Source: a virus
Taxonomy: Duplodnaviria; Caudoviricetes
Length of the DNA: 34,396 bases
Direction: 5' to 3' (one strand)
Virus record (IMG/VR): IMGVR_UViG_3300032270_000633
Location: 1-34,396 of that record
Part shown: piece by piece, positions 18,400 through 26,371 of the stretch
Numbering within the stretch: position 1 is the first letter of the stretch
Layout of the letters: each line of letters begins with the position of its first letter
Position numbers and translations under genes: made by a program
Notes under the pieces: model-generated
The model's database searches: none
Told to the model about the DNA's origin: nothing
What the model saw: only the letters and a program-made list of their open reading frames with translations

Positions 18400-19503
18400 A
18401 TGAGTAATATTATTAGAATTAGACGCAGAACAAGTGGAAGCGCAGGAGCGCCTAGCTCCCTTGAAAATGCGGAATTAGCTTTTAATGAAGTAGGTGAGGT
18501 TCTTTACTACGGACAAGGCACGGGCGGAGCTGGCGGAACTGCTACTTCAATTATACCTATTGCTGGTAGTGGCGCGTTTATGGATTTATCATCTACTCAA
18601 ACAGTAGGCGGAACAAAGACATTTTCAAACGCTATTTCAGGATCAGTTACAGGAAATGCGGGAACTGCAACTACACTAGCAACCTCAAGAAATATCGCTT
18701 TAACTGACGATGTAACAGGAACGGCATCATTTAACGGAAGTGCTGATGCTAATATTTCAGCTACTTTAGCGACAGTTAATAGCAATATTGGCACTTATAC
18801 TAAAGTAACAATCAATGCTAAAGGTCTTGCAACTGCTGGCGCTACTGCTTCATTATCTGATCTTTCAGCGCCTACAGGAAATATTGCTTTTGCTACCTAT
18901 AAAATTACAGGACTTGGCGATCCAACTGCGGATCAAGATGCGGCAACTAAATTTTATGTTGATTCTGTAGCTCAAGGTCTTAATGTTAAACAAGCCGTAA
19001 TTGCATCAACGACAGGCAATATTACTTTATCAGGCTTATCAACTCAAGCTGGTGGCGATTGGGGTTCTTCTTTAACTGCTGGTGATCGTGTTTTAGTTAA
19101 AAATCAATCCTCATCTCAATTTAATGGTATTTATAGTGCTTCAGCTTCTACATGGACTAGAACGGCAGACGCTAATACTTGGAATGATCTTATCTCTGCA
19201 TTTACTTTTGTTCAAACAGGAACAACTCAAGCAGATACAGGCTGGGTTTGCACGATTGATGCGGGCGGCACTTTAGATGTAACACCTATGGCTTGGGCGC
19301 AATTTAGCGGTGCAGGCACATATACTGCTGGCACAGGCTTAACATTAACAGGTAATCAATTTAGTATTACAAATACTGCGGTTACAGGTGCAAGTTATGG
19401 CAATGCTAACGGAACACAAACGCCTACATTTACAGTTAATGCTCAAGGTCAATTAACTGCGGCGGCAACTGTAGATATTAATGTTGATGGTGGCACATTC
19501 TAA
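18400..19503 (+). CDS. Tail fibre protein
   Basis: Thr/Gly/Ala-rich; DAATKFYVD, GDRVLVKNQ...NGIY and YTKVTINAKG fibre motifs; C-terminal DGGTF. Confidence 0.8.
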   Translation: MSNIIRIRRRTSGSAGAPSSLENAELAFNEVGEVLYYGQGTGGAGGTATSIIPIAGSGAFMDLSSTQTVGGTKTFSNAISGSVTGNAGTATTLATSRNIALTDDVTGTASFNGSADANISATLATVNSNIGTYTKVTINAKGLATAGATASLSDLSAPTGNIAFATYKITGLGDPTADQDAATKFYVDSVAQGLNVKQAVIASTTGNITLSGLSTQAGGDWGSSLTAGDRVLVKNQSSSQFNGIYSASASTWTRTADANTWNDLISAFTFVQTGTTQADTGWVCTIDAGGTLDVTPMAWAQFSGAGTYTAGTGLTLTGNQFSITNTAVTGASYGNANGTQTPTFTVNAQGQLTAAATVDINVDGGTF

Positions 19504-19556
19504 AAGTTATACTTTTGTAAAACATTTCCTGCTATATAGCAGAAAGGGATAGCCAA

Positions 19557-21005
19557 ATGGCTAATAAAATTCAGGTAAAAAGGTCGGCAGTTCCAGCTAA
19601 AGTGCCGACCACATCTGATCTTGATCTAGGTGAAATTGGTATTAACACCTATGACGGCAAGATGTATATCAAACAAGATAATGGCACTCCAGCTATTATT
19701 CAAATTGGTGCAGGCGGTTCAGGCACAGGTGATGTAACAGGTCCAGGTTCTTCTACAGACAATGCTTTAGCTCGCTTTGATTCAACCACAGGCAAAATCA
19801 TTCAAAATTCTGTAGGTATTTTATCTGATACAGGTTCTTTATCAGGTTTAACTAACATTCAAAACATTAATTATGTTGATTTTGATACAGGCTATGCAAC
19901 AACAATAACCACAGGTCAATTAGGTTGGGATTCTACAAATAATGGACTTGCTTTTGGTATGGCAGGCGGAAATATTGTTCAACATATAGGTGAGGATCAA
20001 TATCTTTATATAAAGGCAAGTGCAACTATTACTAAAGGTCAAGTGATTATGTTCACAGGATCGGTAGGCGCTTCAGGTATATTAACAGGCGCACCAGCCA
20101 CAGGCATTACAGACGGCACTTATATTATAGGTATTGCGGCTGAAGCTATTGCTAATAATGCTTTTGGATTTGTTCAAACTTTTGGTGTATTAACTAGTGT
20201 AAATACCTCTGCTTTTGCTGACGCAGATATCCTTTGGTATGATCCAGCCGTTACAGGTGGATTAACTGCTACAAAACCTTCTGCTCCCAATGTTAAAGCT
20301 CAAGTAGCGGTTTGTAATAAAGGTGGATCAGCAGGTGGCGGTGTCATTACAATAAGAGTTAATCCAGGATCACAATTAGGTGGCACAGATAGCAATGTCC
20401 AATTTGGCGCTTTAGCTTCAGGTCAAACAATTATTTATGATGCAACGACTGGTTATTGGAAAAACTCTACTTTAACCGCAGGAACAGGCATTTCAATATC
20501 TAATGGTGCTGGATCAATTACAGTAACAAATTCTGCACCTGACCAAACTGTAGCTATATCAGGCACAAGCCCTTTATCAGTTACAGGCACTTATCCTACC
20601 TTTACAGTAAGCATGACGCAATCAAGCGGATCAGTTAATGGTTGGTTAAGCTCTACAGATTGGACTACATTTAATAGCAAAGGTAGTGGCACAGTAACTA
20701 GCGTAGGTGGCACAGGCACAGTATCAGGATTAACACTTACAGGAACAGTTACTACTACAGGAAATTTAACTTTAGGCGGAAATTTAAGTATTACTGCCGA
20801 CATGATTTATGATAACTTTACTGCTACCGCTTCACAAACTACATTTACATCTTCACAAACTTATACTTCAGGAAAAATTCAAGTATTAGTAAATGGAGTA
20901 ATGATGATTAATGGCGCGGATGTAACTGTAACAAGTGGCACTAGCGTTGTTATGGCTACAGGTTTGACATTAAATGATAGAGTGACTTTAATTTATCCTA
21001 TATAA
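19557..21005 (+). CDS. Tail fibre protein
   Basis: IQVKRS...P..L..GEIGINTYDGKMY N-terminus; GDVTGPGSSTDNALARFD, GWLSSTDWTTFNSK and GTVTSV motifs. Confidence 0.8.
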   Translation: MANKIQVKRSAVPAKVPTTSDLDLGEIGINTYDGKMYIKQDNGTPAIIQIGAGGSGTGDVTGPGSSTDNALARFDSTTGKIIQNSVGILSDTGSLSGLTNIQNINYVDFDTGYATTITTGQLGWDSTNNGLAFGMAGGNIVQHIGEDQYLYIKASATITKGQVIMFTGSVGASGILTGAPATGITDGTYIIGIAAEAIANNAFGFVQTFGVLTSVNTSAFADADILWYDPAVTGGLTATKPSAPNVKAQVAVCNKGGSAGGGVITIRVNPGSQLGGTDSNVQFGALASGQTIIYDATTGYWKNSTLTAGTGISISNGAGSITVTNSAPDQTVAISGTSPLSVTGTYPTFTVSMTQSSGSVNGWLSSTDWTTFNSKGSGTVTSVGGTGTVSGLTLTGTVTTTGNLTLGGNLSITADMIYDNFTATASQTTFTSSQTYTSGKIQVLVNGVMMINGADVTVTSGTSVVMATGLTLNDRVTLIYPI

Positions 21006-21199
21006 TGGAAGCACAAAAAACCATTGATGACCACTTCAATTTTCTACAAAATAAAACAATCAAAGATATTGGCGCTGATTATTACGATGGTAAAAATTAT
21101 TTGGTTATTTTATTATCTGATGGCTCTGTTGCTTATATATCTAGCGGCAACAACGATGGTAGTCTTTATTTGGCTATTGAAAAGCATCTTATCAATTAG
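21005..21199 (+). CDS. Hypothetical protein
   Basis: TAATG coupling to the fibre gene. Confidence 0.5.
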   Translation: MEAQKTIDDHFNFLQNKTIKDIGADYYDGKNYLVILLSDGSVAYISSGNNDGSLYLAIEKHLIN

Positions 21200-21213
21200 T
21201 AGAAAGAAATAGA

Positions 21214-21447
21214 ATGGACATGAATTTAATCATCAACATCGTATTAGGTGTTGCCTTGTCAGTAGGTGGTTGGTTTGTTAGACAAATGTGGGATGCGGTT
21301 CAAAACCTTAAAGAAGATATACAAAGAATTGAAGTAGAACTTCCAACTAATTATGTTCGCAAAGCTGATCTTGATGCTAGGCTGGACAAGATTGATGAAA
21401 CCCTTGAAAAAATCTTTGACAGGCTAAATACCAAAGCCGATAAATAA
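21214..21447 (+). CDS. Small membrane protein (single TM plus coiled coil; holin-like)
   Basis: N-terminal hydrophobic helix, then LPTNYVRKAD...KIFDRL coiled coil. Confidence 0.55.
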   Translation: MDMNLIINIVLGVALSVGGWFVRQMWDAVQNLKEDIQRIEVELPTNYVRKADLDARLDKIDETLEKIFDRLNTKADK

Positions 21448-21825
21448 ATGTCAAAAGACAAGATAAAACATCAAGCTTACTGTCAAAAATACCGAGAAAA
21501 TAATCGTGCATTAGTCCTTTTAGGTCAGGCTAGATATCGATCCAAGAAAAAAGGTATTGAATTTAATTTAGAATTATCCGATGTAGTTATTCCCAAAGTA
21601 TGTCCTGTATTAAAAATTCCTCTTACTGCTGGAAGTTCTAGCGGTGGTCCTCGCGGATGTTCGCCCTCATTAGATCGTATTGATAACACTAAAGGTTATA
21701 TCAAAGGCAATGTCCAAGTTATTAGTCATAAAGCTAATACAATGAAGCATTGCGCTGATAACAATGAATTGATATTATTTGCTAATTGGATTAAACGAAC
21801 TTATAGAAAGGTTATAGATGAGTAA
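21448..21825 (+). CDS. HNH-like (His-Me finger) endonuclease
   Basis: CPVL...PSLDRIDNTKGYIKGNVQVISHKANTMK signature. Confidence 0.75.
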   Translation: MSKDKIKHQAYCQKYRENNRALVLLGQARYRSKKKGIEFNLELSDVVIPKVCPVLKIPLTAGSSSGGPRGCSPSLDRIDNTKGYIKGNVQVISHKANTMKHCADNNELILFANWIKRTYRKVIDE

Positions 21826-22030
21826 ATATAGCGAAGCTGGTAAGGGTTCAACTAATAAGCTTAAACAAAAAAGCTTATATGATGAGAATTACGAAAAGAT
21901 TTGGGGCAATAAAAAGAATAAACTTTATGAAGAACGCTATTATGATTCCGATGAAACAACATCATGGGATCAAGATAAGGCTGATATGATTGGTCTTAAT
22001 AATAATACAGGCGATCATTATATTAAATGA
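21818..22030 (+). CDS. Hypothetical protein
   Basis: GKGS...YDENYEKIWG small phage-protein motif; AAGG RBS. Confidence 0.55.
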   Translation: MSKYSEAGKGSTNKLKQKSLYDENYEKIWGNKKNKLYEERYYDSDETTSWDQDKADMIGLNNNTGDHYIK

Positions 22031-22068
22031 TATCATTATTAATACTATATTATATCAAAGGATAAAAT

Positions 22069-22596
22069 ATGCTAGAAACAATACAAAACAATACAAGCAT
22101 TCCACTTTTTAAATACAAAGTTTTAAATCATTTAGATATTAAAAATGTTATTCTTAATGATATTGAAAAAATGGGTGAATTTAGTTTTAAAACTGAATTT
22201 CAAAAAATTTCAAATACTGATTGGCATTTAGGCACATCTATTCAAAGAGATTATCAAACAAAATTAGTTGATATATTTATAGAAATAGAAAATTTTATAA
22301 ATAATCTTTATGAAACAGTAGGCAGAATAAAAGTTGTTAATTATTGGTTTCAACAATACAAATTAAACGATTTTCATGGTTGGCATGTTCACCCAGGAAA
22401 TCTTTTTTCAGCAATTTATTATTTAGATGTTAATTCGGAAACTCCAAAAACAACTTTTAGATTATTTGATAAATCAGAAATGGAAATAGAAATGAATGAA
22501 GGTGAAATTTTAATTTTTCCATCATTTTTAGAACATATTTCAAAGCCCAATAAAAGCGAAAAAACAAAAACAATTATTTCATTTAATATTAATTGA
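22069..22596 (+). CDS. Putative 2OG-Fe(II) oxygenase (H-x-H type)
   Basis: WFQQY, HGWHVHP, SAIYYL, EGEILIFPSFLEH and IISFN motifs. Confidence 0.8.
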   Translation: MLETIQNNTSIPLFKYKVLNHLDIKNVILNDIEKMGEFSFKTEFQKISNTDWHLGTSIQRDYQTKLVDIFIEIENFINNLYETVGRIKVVNYWFQQYKLNDFHGWHVHPGNLFSAIYYLDVNSETPKTTFRLFDKSEMEIEMNEGEILIFPSFLEHISKPNKSEKTKTIISFNIN

Positions 22597-22597
22597 T

Positions 22598-22628
22598 AAA
22601 AAAGGGGCAATTAAGCCCCTCTTTAAAA
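22598..22628. terminator. Terminator between convergent late and early operons (probably bidirectional, stronger on minus strand)
   Basis: AAAAA-AGGGGC-AATTAA-GCCCCT-CTTT. Confidence 0.8.
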
Positions 22629-22646
22629 GTTATATTTTAGTATAAC

Positions 22647-22718
22647 TTATTTATTCATTACATACATAGTAACTTCAAAGCCAAATCTCATTTCTGTTGC
22701 TGATGGTGTAGTCCACAT
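22647..22718 (-). CDS. pqqA: Pyrroloquinoline quinone precursor peptide PqqA
   Basis: Hand translation gives MWTTPSATEMRFGFEVTMYVMNK* (23 aa), with the W-x-x-P and RFGFEVTMY (E-x-x-x-Y) PqqA signature. AAGGA RBS upstream. Absent from the ORF track because of its size. Confidence 0.95.
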   Translation of the reverse strand: MWTTPSATEMRFGFEVTMYVMNK

Positions 22719-22804
22719 AGTATTTATCCTTTATCTGTAACAAGCAAAATTACTTGTTATGCAAATTATGGTCTTTTTGCAAGACAAAACCATCAGTAAA
22801 ATCA

Positions 22805-23041
22805 TTAAAATGGCATTGCTGAATCAGTTGCATTTGAACTTGATCCTGCACCATCTTTAGGTTGAGGTTCTCTCATTGTTACCCAGCCGTCAAAATTGAC
22901 AGGGATAGATTCAATAAGAAGTGAAGTGCCGCCTTGTTTATTAGACATTGCAACTCCAACTTTAGTCCAGCGAGCTTTTGTTTCGCCTTCTTTGTTTACA
23001 TATTCGCCTGTTTTAGCGATTAGATCATGGGTTATTGCCAT
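22805..23041 (-). CDS. Small single-stranded DNA-binding protein-like
   Basis: Y..KEGETKARWTKVG motif, flexible tail ending D-x-x-x-PF, adjacent to exonuclease/recombinase. Confidence 0.6.
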   Translation of the reverse strand: MAITHDLIAKTGEYVNKEGETKARWTKVGVAMSNKQGGTSLLIESIPVNFDGWVTMREPQPKDGAGSSSNATDSAMPF

Positions 23042-23690
23042 TTTGTATTTCCTTTAAGTTATTTACAGTAGTTTCTATTTCCTGTAAGAATAAGATCACC
23101 TTATCTTCCATCATTTTAATATACTCATCATCTCGATAAATACGCTTCACAAATCCTTCTAATCCTGTAAGTTCGGGATCAAAAGAAATAAGATCACAAA
23201 ATTCCATTTCAGGTATGCAGGCTAATTGCCACATACATTGATCGTAATACTGTTCTAATTGTTTGCCGCCTGTTAAATAATTGTCCAAGTGGTTTTGCGG
23301 ATCAGGCACTTTTATTTCAATTAAATATGGCTTATCAGCAAATACAATTCCATCAGGACTGCATTGAGCATTTTTAATTGTAGGATGTTTAACGATAGCT
23401 ACTTGATCCACAAAAACATTATGCTTAACTTCATACCAAGAACGCGCCAACGGCTCAAGCTCGATACCTCTAATCATCGCGGGTGATTTCCAAGTGTCTA
23501 ATTTTTTTTGTGTTAAATTTTCCCTTATAAGCTCATTCTTATATTTTCTACGGGTTAATGATTCGCCACCTGATCGACCTTCAGTTAAAAGATCACTTAT
23601 TCTTGATCCGCCTATTTTTGCGATGCGGAGCGACATCCATTTTTCCGATCCCTGAATTACATCCCTAATAATTCTTTCTTCTAATTTCAT
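23025..23690 (-). CDS. YqaJ/lambda-type exonuclease
   Basis: QGSEKW...R, GIELEPLAR, SPDG, EIK and YYDQCMWQL motifs. Confidence 0.9.
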   Translation of the reverse strand: MKLEERIIRDVIQGSEKWMSLRIAKIGGSRISDLLTEGRSGGESLTRRKYKNELIRENLTQKKLDTWKSPAMIRGIELEPLARSWYEVKHNVFVDQVAIVKHPTIKNAQCSPDGIVFADKPYLIEIKVPDPQNHLDNYLTGGKQLEQYYDQCMWQLACIPEMEFCDLISFDPELTGLEGFVKRIYRDDEYIKMMEDKVILFLQEIETTVNNLKEIQNGNNP

Positions 23691-24133
23691 GTAGTTTCCT
23701 TGTTTAAATTTAAGTTTCTATAAGTTACGCCATCGTGCCATTGTTGATCTATTGATTGCTCATAAAGACTTATTAATCTGTCAGGATGAAGCAATAAAGG
23801 TTTGTGATCTTTAAAACAAAAGGCATAAAGCAAAGGACATTTTTCAGAGCTATACCATTCCATAAACATCGGAAGCATTTTAATTTCTGAAGCTTTAATA
23901 TTGGCAGTTCCTTTAACCATTATTAACCCAGCTTTACCATTATTATTAATATAAAAATCAGGCATATTTCTAATAAAAGTATTTAAGTCATAAAAGTTAG
24001 GAATCGGATCATTTTTCTCATCAAAGCCTAATCGCCTATAAAAGTATCCTTTTGATTGGCAGTATGATTCAAATAATACTTCCGCTATATTAATGACATT
24101 ATTTCTTTCTTTATAAGAAAATGCGCCATTCAT
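23687..24133 (-). CDS. Hypothetical protein (possible PD-(D/E)XK-like fold)
   Basis: AE..F, PDF and MVKG pattern; ATGA overlaps at both ends. Confidence 0.5.
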   Translation of the reverse strand: MNGAFSYKERNNVINIAEVLFESYCQSKGYFYRRLGFDEKNDPIPNFYDLNTFIRNMPDFYINNNGKAGLIMVKGTANIKASEIKMLPMFMEWYSSEKCPLLYAFCFKDHKPLLLHPDRLISLYEQSIDQQWHDGVTYRNLNLNKETT

Positions 24134-24300
24134 AGTTTAGGACTTTGAATTTTGCCATATAAAGGCGCTAATAAGTATTTATCACCTAGCTCTCTTTTAA
24201 TAGCTTCTATTCTTGTTTTACGGGCTTCTATAGCCATTAATTCTTGCGCTGAATAGGGTAGCGTCACTCCGTAAAAATTACTGTTTTTTAATCCTTCCAT
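24130..24300 (-). CDS. Small hypothetical protein (56 aa, not in ORF track)
   Basis: MEGLKNSNFYG...IKRELGDKYLLAP...PKL*; exactly fills the gap with TAATG and ATGA overlaps. Confidence 0.65.
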   Translation of the reverse strand: MEGLKNSNFYGVTLPYSAQELMAIEARKTRIEAIKRELGDKYLLAPLYGKIQSPKL

Positions 24301-24842
24301 TATAATTCCGCCTTTCTTTTATCTTTAGCTTCAATAACCATTTTAGATAAAGTGCGATCATTTTTAACTTCACCCATTACAAAATTATAATTAGCCTGGA
24401 GTTCTTCTAAAGTTTGTGAATGATTAATTCTTTGAAGATAATCTGCGGCATTAAGCGCGGCAGATTGACCATCATCATCGTCAGCATAAAGAGCGCAAAG
24501 ACTAGATATGGAGTATCGGCGAATATAAGAAATTGCTGATCCTAATCCTTGTGGATCTTGTTTTTGAATAGGGCAGACGGCAGTATCCTCAATCCATTCA
24601 CCCGAACTATGGAGTAAACGAGTAGTAAGATGGAGCTTATTGTCGTCTGATGGGCTTAATGATTGAAGGATAGCAATACCATTATCATTGAGTGGCTTCT
24701 TAACCGCTTCAATAACTGAATTAATATTGGCATACTTGGATTTAAAGTGAGGGTTAGTAGAATCTTTAGCGGCAAATCTAATTTCTTTTTGCGCGGATAC
24801 TAAAGCTTCAGCTATCTGTTTGATGCTTTCGGATGTTTTCAT
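24300..24842 (-). CDS. erf: ERF-family ssDNA annealing recombinase
   Basis: NPHFKSKYA, LLHSSGEWI and PQGLGSAISYIRRY...DDDG signatures. Confidence 0.92.
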   Translation of the reverse strand: MKTSESIKQIAEALVSAQKEIRFAAKDSTNPHFKSKYANINSVIEAVKKPLNDNGIAILQSLSPSDDNKLHLTTRLLHSSGEWIEDTAVCPIQKQDPQGLGSAISYIRRYSISSLCALYADDDDGQSAALNAADYLQRINHSQTLEELQANYNFVMGEVKNDRTLSKMVIEAKDKRKAEL

Positions 24843-24866
24843 CTTATCTTGTCCTAAAAAGTTTCG

Positions 24867-25271
24867 TTAAATTACATGCGAGATTGTATCATTGTATGCC
24901 CATCTTGCAAAACTATCTCTTTCATAGTTTTCAGCTATGAATTTTGCTAATCTTTTAATTTCTGCATCATAAACATCTTTAATGCGACCTAGCTTATCAT
25001 CTTTAGAATCATAAATAATATTCTTTACTTGATTTTGAACTTCAACTTCATCATAAAAATCAGAAAAGACATCCACATTAAAAGCAATATGATATTCAAT
25101 TAATTCTTGTAAAGATATATGAGGTTCTAAATCTAGGAAATCAGGATCAAAATTCATCATAGTTTGAATATGAATCTTGTGTTGCATCTCTCGTTGCTGG
25201 TCAGACATATTTGCCCCCGTAACTTGTTGATTCTTGTGCATTTTAACCTTATCTTCTTGATTTGGCAACAT
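24867..25271 (-). CDS. Hypothetical protein (true start may be 25208)
   Basis: Open frame; GGGGG RBS before the internal ATG (MSDQQ). Confidence 0.55.
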   Translation of the reverse strand: MLPNQEDKVKMHKNQQVTGANMSDQQREMQHKIHIQTMMNFDPDFLDLEPHISLQELIEYHIAFNVDVFSDFYDEVEVQNQVKNIIYDSKDDKLGRIKDVYDAEIKRLAKFIAENYERDSFARWAYNDTISHVI

Positions 25272-25273
25272 TT

Positions 25274-25612
25274 TTATTCGCCTTTAAATTTTTTAGTGAT
25301 TGGTGTCCAATCAGAATCTATTGCTTGGTTAAAAGCATATTCATCTAATTGAGCGCCATCATAAAATTCATCATTCATATCACCAATAGCTTCACCATCA
25401 TCATCAGCATTCCAGGCATTAAAAAAAGCATCAGAAAAAAGAGGTGGTGATTCATTTTTCCAAATAAGACCGCCATATTTAAGATTTATAAATTCGCATT
25501 CATAAGGATTTGTAGCTTGATCGACCAACCAAAATAAATCTTCGGGATCGCGATATACAAACATTCCTACTATATTTTTACCTTCAATTAATCTAACTAA
25601 TGCGGTAGCCAT
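25274..25612 (-). CDS. Acidic hypothetical protein
   Basis: ATG 25612 (MATALV) lies 1 nt after the stop of the upstream small ORF. Confidence 0.6.
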   Translation of the reverse strand: MATALVRLIEGKNIVGMFVYRDPEDLFWLVDQATNPYECEFINLKYGGLIWKNESPPLFSDAFFNAWNADDDGEAIGDMNDEFYDGAQLDEYAFNQAIDSDWTPITKKFKGE

Positions 25613-25613
25613 A

Positions 25614-25724
25614 TTATCTACCCAACCAATCAAATACCATTGGAGTTAAAACATAAAGGCAGATTGCGAACCATGCCCAAAATGCCGTTGCAAAGATACA
25701 TCCGAGAATTAAGTCTTTTTTCAT
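25614..25724 (-). CDS. Small membrane protein (36 aa, not in ORF track)
   Basis: MKKDLILGCIFATAFWAWFAICLYVLTPMVFDWLGR*; AAGGATAAGA RBS. Confidence 0.65.
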   Translation of the reverse strand: MKKDLILGCIFATAFWAWFAICLYVLTPMVFDWLGR

Positions 25725-25740
25725 TTTGTCTTATCCTTTT

Positions 25741-25995
25741 TTATTCAATTTCTGATTTATAGGGATCAATTTGTGTTTGCACATACTCGTAATTACCACT
25801 TTGAGAATTATGCTTGAGTTTTGAATTAGGTGCAACAAATTCGTATTTGTCGGCAGTCCAATTATATTTAAGCTTGGCATCTTTAGGTGCATAGTTATAT
25901 TTGTTTTCAACCCAATTATAACGAAGCTTTGGTGATTCCCCACCGAATGATGCGATGGGGAGTGCGATTAATAGTGCGGTTAATAGTGCTTTCAT
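25741..25995 (-). CDS. Exported protein with three 18-aa repeats
   Basis: Signal peptide MKALLTALLIALPIASFG; repeats KLRYNWVENKYNY / KLKYNWTADKYEF / KLKHNSQSGNYEY. Confidence 0.7.
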   Translation of the reverse strand: MKALLTALLIALPIASFGGESPKLRYNWVENKYNYAPKDAKLKYNWTADKYEFVAPNSKLKHNSQSGNYEYVQTQIDPYKSEIE

Positions 25996-26276
25996 TGTTG
26001 CACCTCATACACACCAACTAAAGTTGCTGATTTATCCCAAGAATAAGAACCTAATGCAGATTTGTCAGCAGATTGTTTTGAGCCATGCCAAGTAACTGCA
26101 AAGCCATTATCTTTAATCCATCTTTGTTCTGTTGCTAAAGATGATAATTTATTTGTTTGTTGAAAAAATTCTAAAGATTCTTTTGCGCGTTTGCTATTGC
26201 GAACAACTACATATTGATATGAAGTATTTGTAGTTCTTGAAAATTGACCTACAGGTGTATTTGCTATTAATTTCAT
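25992..26276 (-). CDS. Hypothetical protein, first gene of leftward operon
   Basis: AAGGA RBS; ATGA overlap with the next gene. Confidence 0.6.
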   Translation of the reverse strand: MKLIANTPVGQFSRTTNTSYQYVVVRNSKRAKESLEFFQQTNKLSSLATEQRWIKDNGFAVTWHGSKQSADKSALGSYSWDKSATLVGVYEVQQ

Positions 26277-26324
26277 TTTAGTTTCCTTATAGTTTCTTGT
26301 TAATAAATTGTGTTGCTAGGTGTT

Positions 26325-26352
26325 ATTATGCCTATATCAAAATTAAATACAA
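26325..26352 (-). promoter_or_regulatory. Putative sigma70 leftward early promoter in the divergent intergenic region
   Basis: Minus strand reads TTGTAT-16 nt-CATAAT in an AT-rich gap. Confidence 0.4.
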
Positions 26353-26371
26353 CTATTTTTAAAAATATTTT

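Noticed and set aside
1226-20803. Antisense and alternate-frame ORFs in the structural region (e.g. 1226, 3908, 5411, 6630, 7793, 12161, 12360, 12432, 18597, 20591)
   Set aside because: They are nested in well-supported genes, have no recognisable motifs, and are expected shadows of codon bias.
19557-21005. Diversity-generating retroelement targeting the fibres
   Set aside because: No reverse transcriptase and no adenine-specific TR/VR repeat pair seen.
13214-22718. PqqA plus oxygenases/carbamoyltransferase as one novel RiPP cluster
   Set aside because: They are on opposite strands in different transcription units, there is no PqqD/RRE, radical SAM enzyme or peptidase, and the peptide is a canonical PqqA.
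25731-25943. Alternate-frame 70-aa ORF
   Set aside because: It overlaps the better-supported signal-peptide repeat protein in another frame.
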